A DNA stretch of 6,011 nt, from positions 1-6,011 of the forward strand of contig NW_002061143.1 in assembly GCF_000150275.1 (NCBI RefSeq). The letters run 5' to 3'. A model generated the notes under the pieces. That model made no database searches and was not told the DNA's origin. It worked only from the letters and a program-made list of their open reading frames with translations. Origin of the DNA: Trichoplax adhaerens (lineage: Eukaryota; Animalia; Placozoa). Position 1 is the first letter of the stretch, and the number at the start of each line of letters is the position of its first letter. The position numbers and the translations under genes were made by a program. Positions 1 to 6,011 of this stretch are shown in pieces.

Positions 1-51
1 TCCAACGCGACATTTTACAAATAACGAATGCGATAATATTTTCATGAAAAA

Positions 52-93
52 ATGGCGGACCGACAGCTCATTAAAAGCTATATCATATTAAAG
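52..93 (+). other. Candidate short first exon of a eukaryotic gene (MADRQLIKSYIILK)
   Basis: AAAAATGGCGG is a Kozak-like/YY1-like start context, and the segment ends in a canonical donor AAG|GTAAAT at 93/94. No homology support. Confidence 0.2.
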
Positions 94-404
94 GTAAATC
101 TTCGGGTAAAGGCTTACTGATAGCCCCCTAGATACTTGCAAACTGGAAATAATTCGCTTAAGTTAAGATTTACTAAAGTTAAGTTCGAAATATCTTAAGT
201 TATGCTTGCCTAGTTTCGGTAATAAAAATGTTAACGAAATTTCATTTGCACTGATGTAATAGAATAGAAAATATTAATATAAAAGTTACATGATTTTTAT
301 TCTAGTCTTAAAGTGTCCTACAGATACATTTATTTAATAGAATATTTGATTACAGAAATACTACCGATTTAAATTCTGATACACTTTATAATTAAAGATT
401 ACTT

Positions 405-676
405 AGAAGCCAAAAGCAATTAACGCGTAGCCAGTTGGGTCTTGGAAAGTGATAGAACCGTTACTAAATTCTATTCAGCGACTGATACGTTTCGCAATAA
501 TTTAATTAGGGTATGGCGATGATAAAAGTTATAACTATAAATATGAATACTCAAGCATTTATTTTCTAACCATATAATTGCTTCTCGAAAAAATACAGAA
601 GCCGGAAGCTAAACTTCTAAGTGGGTTGGAGAAGGCTACAGAATCATTATTTTATAATTAGGTTACAAAATTCTAT
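405..676 (+). repeat. Pair of short diverged direct repeats (405-474 and 597-676)
   Basis: Both start AGAAGCC..AAGC, contain TGGGT and end GTTAC(T/A)AAATTCTAT. They translate as EAKSN*RVASWVLESDRTVTKFY and EAGS*TSKWVGEGYRI[16-nt insert]VTKFY. Confidence 0.55.
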
Positions 677-1206
677 GACTAATTTAAAACTGTTAAGGAA
701 AATGCTTCATTGTATTACTATTTATTGAACTGATGAATTTGCAATATTAGGATATTTACAGAATTGAGTTTAATTAATGTTATTGAAATAACTGATTATT
801 AGCTATTTCCTAATATAAAGTTGCAGTATGGAAAGATTACTAACTATAATTTTGTAAATTTACACATCTTAGGGTAGTAATTCTATTTTTACTTTTCGGT
901 ATAGTAATATTCTCATAAGAATATTATAATACGGTAGGGATACAAGTCATAAGAGTAGTTGTTACTTTCTTATTCAGTGTCATTAAAAAAGCAAACGATA
1001 TACTTATACAGTTCGAAACTTATTTCCTTGATCAGATACATGATAAATAAAATATTTTTGGATAAAGTTAATATGATTTCCGATTATTTTTATCATCTGA
1101 TTTAATTGCTGTGTATAGTTGTGACAGTGTTATATACTGTATTAGAGTAGAAATATCTATGTTAGGATAATTCTGTTAGCCTATTCTTTTTTAGTTAACT
1201 TCTAAT

Positions 1207-1398
1207 GTGGATATACTGTGTTTTAATATAGCACTGACTTTTTATGACAGAGACACATATGCACATACTGAAATTAATAGTTATAATAGGGAATGTAAAT
1301 CATCTACTTACAGTTCGAATCATTGCAATTGTAATTTACTTATGGTAGATTGTAAATTATCGTGGAAATGTTCCGTGATAGAAGATATCGTAATCTGA
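1207..1398 (+). other. Short Cys-rich open frame (63 aa, GTG start); possible exon or pseudo-exon of unknown function
   Basis: From the ORF track. Acceptor-like TTCTTTTTTAG (ending 1194) and TTTTAATATAG (ending 1231) are nearby. It shares YDR.TY.H and CNC motifs with 2408-2565. No RBS or family was recognised. Confidence 0.25.
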
Positions 1399-1632
1399 CT
1401 ATTCTGTATTAGTCATCACATGTCTATGTTCGTAAATACTGTTGTCTGCATTAAGGGAGCAGTAGCTATAATTAATATCTAATTCAGTAAATGATTTCAA
1501 AGTTAATCGTACTAACTATGACTCATGAACTATTGAGGAATAGTATATATATAAATGCAGTATATCGTGTAATAAAGTGGATTTTCAAACTTAGTGTTTA
1601 ACGTAAAATACGAGGCGTCTAAGTCTTTGTGT

Positions 1633-2582
1633 AGTCTGCTAGTAGAGCAAAAGTGTTTGTGATAGTGCAGATATCGTTCCTTGATACGTGGTTCAAGGAA
1701 TTGACTTATTGATCGTACATTACGTTATCTTGTTGCAAAGCTGTTTTGAGACAATAGTACAAAAGTATTTATTATTTACCATGATACGATCGTTAAAATA
1801 AAATTTTAAGTCTATAATTTCGATATAATTTTCTGGTAAAACTTAAGGTATCTTAATTTATTAACATTATATGAAAGTATAATGGCTTCATTCATAAAGC
1901 TTAAAAAGCGTTTTCAAAATCTAAGTTTGTCGTTGGGCATAACTTCTGATGCTATTGATCGTGTGCCCAATTAATTTGGCCCGATATTGATTAGATATAC
2001 TTTGTTTTTTGATTGTGCTGAAAATCAAGAAAAAAATATCAATTTTATTTCCCTAATCTATAAATTACGAATAGAAGATGTTAAATCGAGTAGGTAGGAG
2101 AAATTAGGTCACCTCAGTTATAGGACATTTTTAATGGAACTTAAAGATCTATCCACGTAGTGTTTCAGATAATTACAGACGTAATGTGTTTTGAAATGAG
2201 TGTCATATTGTTTAGTAATTGTAATGAAAATCAATAATATTGTTATATTCCGTTTTCATCATGCACTGGCTATATCTTTAAGCTTTTGAGAACAATGTGA
2301 ATAATAATGTATCATACTGTACTTTGAACCTTGTAAAGAATATTTTGTTCTTATTTGCGATTATTAATAAAGCAATGCAAACTCATGGTGATGTATCCAT
2401 ATTTGATTATGATCGCACCTATGTTCATGCAGTAAATTATCTATGATAGGTTTTTGCGGAACTAATATTAAAGTACTGTTGATTAATTAGTAGTATTGGA
2501 CATCATGGGAGACTAATTGTAGTATGGCATATGGTCCATGCATATTGATGTACTGTAATTGTAAAGATGCCCAACCCGATAA
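1633..2582 (+). repeat. Copy 1 of a 950-bp direct duplication
   Basis: Runs from AGTCTGCTAGTAGAGC at 1633 to CCAACCCGATAA at 2582. It matches 5062-6011 at a constant offset of 3429 at both ends, with no differences seen in spot checks. Confidence 0.97.
1840..2199 (+). pseudogene. Degenerate coding segment, possibly Death-domain-like
   Basis: One frame reads NLRYLNLLTLYESIMASFIKLKKRFQNLSLSLGITSDAIDRVPN*FGPILIRYTLFFDCAENQEKNINFISLIYKLRIEDVKSSR*, with a single stop (TAA 1972-1974) in the 85 codons of 1840-2094. FQNLSLSLGITSDAIDRV resembles the Death-domain pattern W..LA..LG.S...ID.I, and LFFDCAENQEKN.NF.SLI.KL resembles ML..W....G..AT...L..AL. Both conserved Trp positions are substituted. Confidence 0.4.
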
Positions 2583-3580
2583 GGTATCAAGAATTGATAA
2601 AAGAATGATCATATCTTGAAGCAGAAAGATTCGTGCAGCAGCATAAAGCAGACTGAATTTCGATTATCTATCGACTTGCAACGTCGAAGTTTCTATATAA
2701 GCCGAGCAAAAAAAATAAATTGAAGTTTTGAAAACTTTTAAATAATAGCTTAAGTATTAATATTTGATTTAGCAGATAATAAAATATTCATTGCAAGGCT
2801 ATAGCAACGACAACGAACGGTATAATTATAATTAGCTGTAACATAGATACGAGATACCCAGAATTAAGTAATTAAGCGGATTTTTGATCCTAAATTTTAT
2901 GCTGTACTCCATAATGACTAAATACTAAAAGGATTTTTCCTTCAGCTTGCATTCAGTACTCCTTAATTGCTTATTAGAAATAATGTAGAAATTTGAATAA
3001 TTGTTAATTATGCCCTTTACAAAATTTACTTCGCATCGAAGATAATCATGGTAAATAAAGGGGAAAAAATTGTTATTGTACTTAATGTCAGACAGCACCA
3101 TGTTATTATTATGCTCTTATATATTTTTGTTATTTGCTTCGAATAAATTATATCAGGTATCAGCAGACTAAAATAATTTTAACCTTTGCCCATTATTCTT
3201 CATTTCTCATTTTTCATGCGTTAAGTTAAGTTATGTAACTTTGTAATTTCATGTCATATAATTGAATTAGACTTTCTTTGAAACGTAAAATTCCTATCTA
3301 GAAGTTGTAAAGTGTTGTGGTTAGATTGGCAAATTGATTTCTCTCTGCACAGGCGAGGTCATAAATAAGAAATACGCACTTATAGTCTTGAAGCTTGATC
3401 GTCATTACCATTTTCTAAAGTTTGCTAAATGCATACATTTTTGAGAAGGATGGTAAATCATTACCGCTTTAAAAATAATTAAGTTGTCATCAGAACTTAT
3501 CATCTGAAGCTAATTGTTATTAATAGTTTAAAATAAAGGTTTCAATACTCCTTTCTGGGGCAAGCTCACTATGTAGTACA

Positions 3581-4711
3581 ATAGAAATTAAAGATATTTT
3601 TAAATATTTAAGATTTCCGCTATTCTAGTAATACAATGTTCTTAAAATTTGATTGCAGCCATTTATAAGAAATTTGAATATGTTAATAAATGCATACGCA
3701 TATAAATATCACAAGAATATGGAAAAAAACATAGAAGTTTGGTTTTTGAGGTAAAAACGATTTAATTGGAAATTAGCGAAAACAATTGAAATCAACTGTT
3801 TAGCCTTAATTCTATTTGTAATAGGCTTCAAATCAATAAAATGATAAAACGTAATGACTAAAATCAAAATATCTGTCTAAAAAGCCTAGTAGATAATTAA
3901 ATTATCACTCTTAAGGTTTTCATATCAGAATTTCAGATATGCTGATAATTGGCTGACATTTAAGTGAGGCAGTTATTATAAGTGATGATCATTCCTAATC
4001 TATATACGATACAATAGATATTTTTATTGCAAAGTATTTACTCTAGTAATACAGTATTTTAACATTGTATTAAAAGTAATTATGATTCATTTGTATATGA
4101 TTATAAAATACCATAATTTGTGATTTTCAAGGCGGATATATGCTTTAATTGAAAGTAATGAAACAAGTTAAAGCAGACTCCGTAGTTAAATAAAAATTAT
4201 AAGATATATTAAAGAAAAAGTATATGGATATGCTAAAAGGAATTTGTACGTAATGCTATGTTGCGATTACGGTAATAACCTTGAATTTTTTAGCTAAAAT
4301 TTGAGAAATTGTAAATTTCCTTATGATCATTTATCTAAAGCTGATCTATAATAGGTTTATTTAATTGCAAGATATTTATTTTACTTTTGTGGAACGAACA
4401 TTTGAAGCCTAAATTGCAAATATTTTTATTAAATTCGATTATGGTAATAAGGCACTTCAAGATTTGCGACTTTTACGGTAGGAGATTTAATTACAGTAGT
4501 GAAACAAATTACACCAGATTTTCTCTCTTAATTCTTATTAGCAGATATTATGATGTTTTCTACAAATCACAAAATACTTGACGGAAACAAAGAAGTTGCT
4601 TAAAATATTCAACTAGGTAGGGCAATTGATTGTTTTAAACATTTAGGCTTGAAATCCATGAAGCTGAGTTTGGACGAGAAAACGATCACATGCAAAGACC
4701 TATTTTTTTGA
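3581..4711 (+). pseudogene. Heavily degenerate NACHT/STAND NTPase-like (NLR-type) coding relic; includes the 64-aa ORF 4387-4581
   Basis: Motif-like fragments occur in the expected order across changing + frames: IEIKDIF (3581, pre-NACHT I.L.DIF); KKHRSLVFE plus a disrupted GGAAATTAGCGAAAACA (3724-3784, possible Walker A); DMLIIG*HLSEA...SIYDTI (3936-4016); FVIF/GGY (4117-4139, possible Walker B); DILKKKYMD...CYVAIT (4203-4271, sensor-1 region); FNCKIFILLLWNEH (4360-4401, cf. PLxCxIxxxxW); ETNYTRFSLLILISRY (4501-4548, cf. TELYxxFxxxLISRY); CFKHLGLKSMKLSLDEKTITCKDL (4631-4702, cf. LGKLAxxGL...F..EDL). There are many stops and frameshifts, motif spacings are irregular, and no intact GxxxxGKT is present. 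Confidence 0.38.
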
Positions 4712-4762
4712 ATATAGTAGATTTTTTTATTAAAGATTCTTTACTTTACTCTAATAAGGCAG

Positions 4763-5011
4763 TATTTCAATTTTAAATTAAAAGTGGCGGCGCAAATAAT
4801 TTTAGTTCCAGTAATATAGTATTCTCTACTTTAGACTGGAAGCGTGTATACGAATTTAGATTATAATAATAAAATAGATAGGGAAATTTCTGGTTATTAA
4901 AGAATATTTCAACTATAAATTAAAAATGGATCTACAAATTTTTTTAAATTCTAGTAATACATTATTCTCTGCTTTAGACTAAGAGCGTATTTAAAAATTT
5001 CGAATATAGTA
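4763..5011 (+). repeat. Diverged tandem repeat, period ~142-143 bp (aligned parts 4763-4868 and 4905-5011)
   Basis: TATTTCAATTTTAAATTAAAAGTGG (4763) aligns with TATTTCAACTATAAATTAAAAATGG (4905). TTCCAGTAATATAGTATTCTCTACTTTAGACT (4806) aligns with TTCTAGTAATACATTATTCTCTGCTTTAGACT (4949). Identity is about 75% by eye. Confidence 0.85.
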
Positions 5012-5061
5012 NNNNNNNNNNNNNNNNNNNNNNNNNNNNNNNNNNNNNNNNNNNNNNNNNN
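5012..5061. other. Assembly/scaffold gap (50 N)
   Basis: Exactly 50 consecutive N. The round number suggests a placeholder of unknown true length. Confidence 0.99.
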
Positions 5062-6011
5062 AGTCTGCTAGTAGAGCAAAAGTGTTTGTGATAGTGCAGA
5101 TATCGTTCCTTGATACGTGGTTCAAGGAATTGACTTATTGATCGTACATTACGTTATCTTGTTGCAAAGCTGTTTTGAGACAATAGTACAAAAGTATTTA
5201 TTATTTACCATGATACGATCGTTAAAATAAAATTTTAAGTCTATAATTTCGATATAATTTTCTGGTAAAACTTAAGGTATCTTAATTTATTAACATTATA
5301 TGAAAGTATAATGGCTTCATTCATAAAGCTTAAAAAGCGTTTTCAAAATCTAAGTTTGTCGTTGGGCATAACTTCTGATGCTATTGATCGTGTGCCCAAT
5401 TAATTTGGCCCGATATTGATTAGATATACTTTGTTTTTTGATTGTGCTGAAAATCAAGAAAAAAATATCAATTTTATTTCCCTAATCTATAAATTACGAA
5501 TAGAAGATGTTAAATCGAGTAGGTAGGAGAAATTAGGTCACCTCAGTTATAGGACATTTTTAATGGAACTTAAAGATCTATCCACGTAGTGTTTCAGATA
5601 ATTACAGACGTAATGTGTTTTGAAATGAGTGTCATATTGTTTAGTAATTGTAATGAAAATCAATAATATTGTTATATTCCGTTTTCATCATGCACTGGCT
5701 ATATCTTTAAGCTTTTGAGAACAATGTGAATAATAATGTATCATACTGTACTTTGAACCTTGTAAAGAATATTTTGTTCTTATTTGCGATTATTAATAAA
5801 GCAATGCAAACTCATGGTGATGTATCCATATTTGATTATGATCGCACCTATGTTCATGCAGTAAATTATCTATGATAGGTTTTTGCGGAACTAATATTAA
5901 AGTACTGTTGATTAATTAGTAGTATTGGACATCATGGGAGACTAATTGTAGTATGGCATATGGTCCATGCATATTGATGTACTGTAATTGTAAAGATGCC
6001 CAACCCGATAA
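5062..6011 (+). repeat. Copy 2 of the 950-bp direct duplication (truncated by the gap on the left and the window end on the right)
   Basis: Matches 1633-2582 and begins at the first base after the N run. Confidence 0.97.
5269..5628 (+). pseudogene. Duplicate of the Death-domain-like segment
   Basis: Lies inside the duplication (1840-2199 plus 3429). ATG GCT TCA at 5311 corresponds to 1882. Confidence 0.38.

Noticed and set aside
157-202. Clustered TAAGTT/AAGTT motifs (also near 3221-3233)
   Set aside because: Short, low-complexity and irregularly spaced. Not an iteron set or CRISPR array.
2612-2670. YLEAERFVQQHKAD resembling the first helix of a CARD (FVDQHR..LI)
   Set aside because: Only about 8 residues are similar, the segment is bounded by TGA stops, and no further CARD pattern follows.
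3327-3443. Stop-poor + frame (IGKLISLCTGEVINKKYALIVLKLDRHYHFLKFAKCIHF)
   Set aside because: No recognisable motif. It could be part of the relic but this cannot be supported.
3921-3941. Near-palindrome CATATCAGAATTTCAGATATG as an operator or hairpin
   Set aside because: It is a single imperfect 21-mer in AT-rich DNA with no associated promoter or gene, so it is plausible by chance.
4387-4581. 64-aa ORF as a standalone gene
   Set aside because: It has a TTG start and no RBS, and the frame is open upstream of the start. It is better explained as a fragment of the NACHT-like relic or as a chance ORF.
3581-4711. Intact gene rescued by tiny introns plus reassignment of all three stop codons (karyorelict/Condylostoma-like)
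   Set aside because: No consistent set of short GT..AG introns restores one frame. For example, removing GTAATAACC...TTTTAG (4272-4293) does not give the expected sensor-1 motif, and the Walker motifs remain broken.
1633-6011. 950-bp direct repeats as LTRs or IS copies of a mobile element
   Set aside because: No terminal TG..CA, inverted repeats or transposase/RT remnants were seen, and the repeat boundaries are set by the gap and the window edge rather than by biological ends.

Overview
AT-rich window (roughly 27-30% GC by eye) with no intact protein-coding gene, RNA gene, CRISPR array or recognisable transposase. The firm features are a 50-N scaffold gap (5012-5061), an apparently exact 950-bp direct duplication (1633-2582 = 5062-6011) starting right after the gap, and a diverged ~142-bp tandem repeat (4763-5011) running into the gap. 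Manual translation through stops and frameshifts suggests a decayed + strand locus: a Death-domain-like segment (~1840-2199), then a fragmented NACHT/STAND NTPase-like region (~3581-4711) and possibly LRR-like repeats. That order resembles an invertebrate-type Death-NACHT-(LRR) NLR pseudogene. Two pairs of short diverged paralogous modules lie nearby. The low coding density and splice-like signals point to eukaryotic rather than typical bacterial DNA. All protein-family calls are by-eye motif matches and need HMM confirmation.
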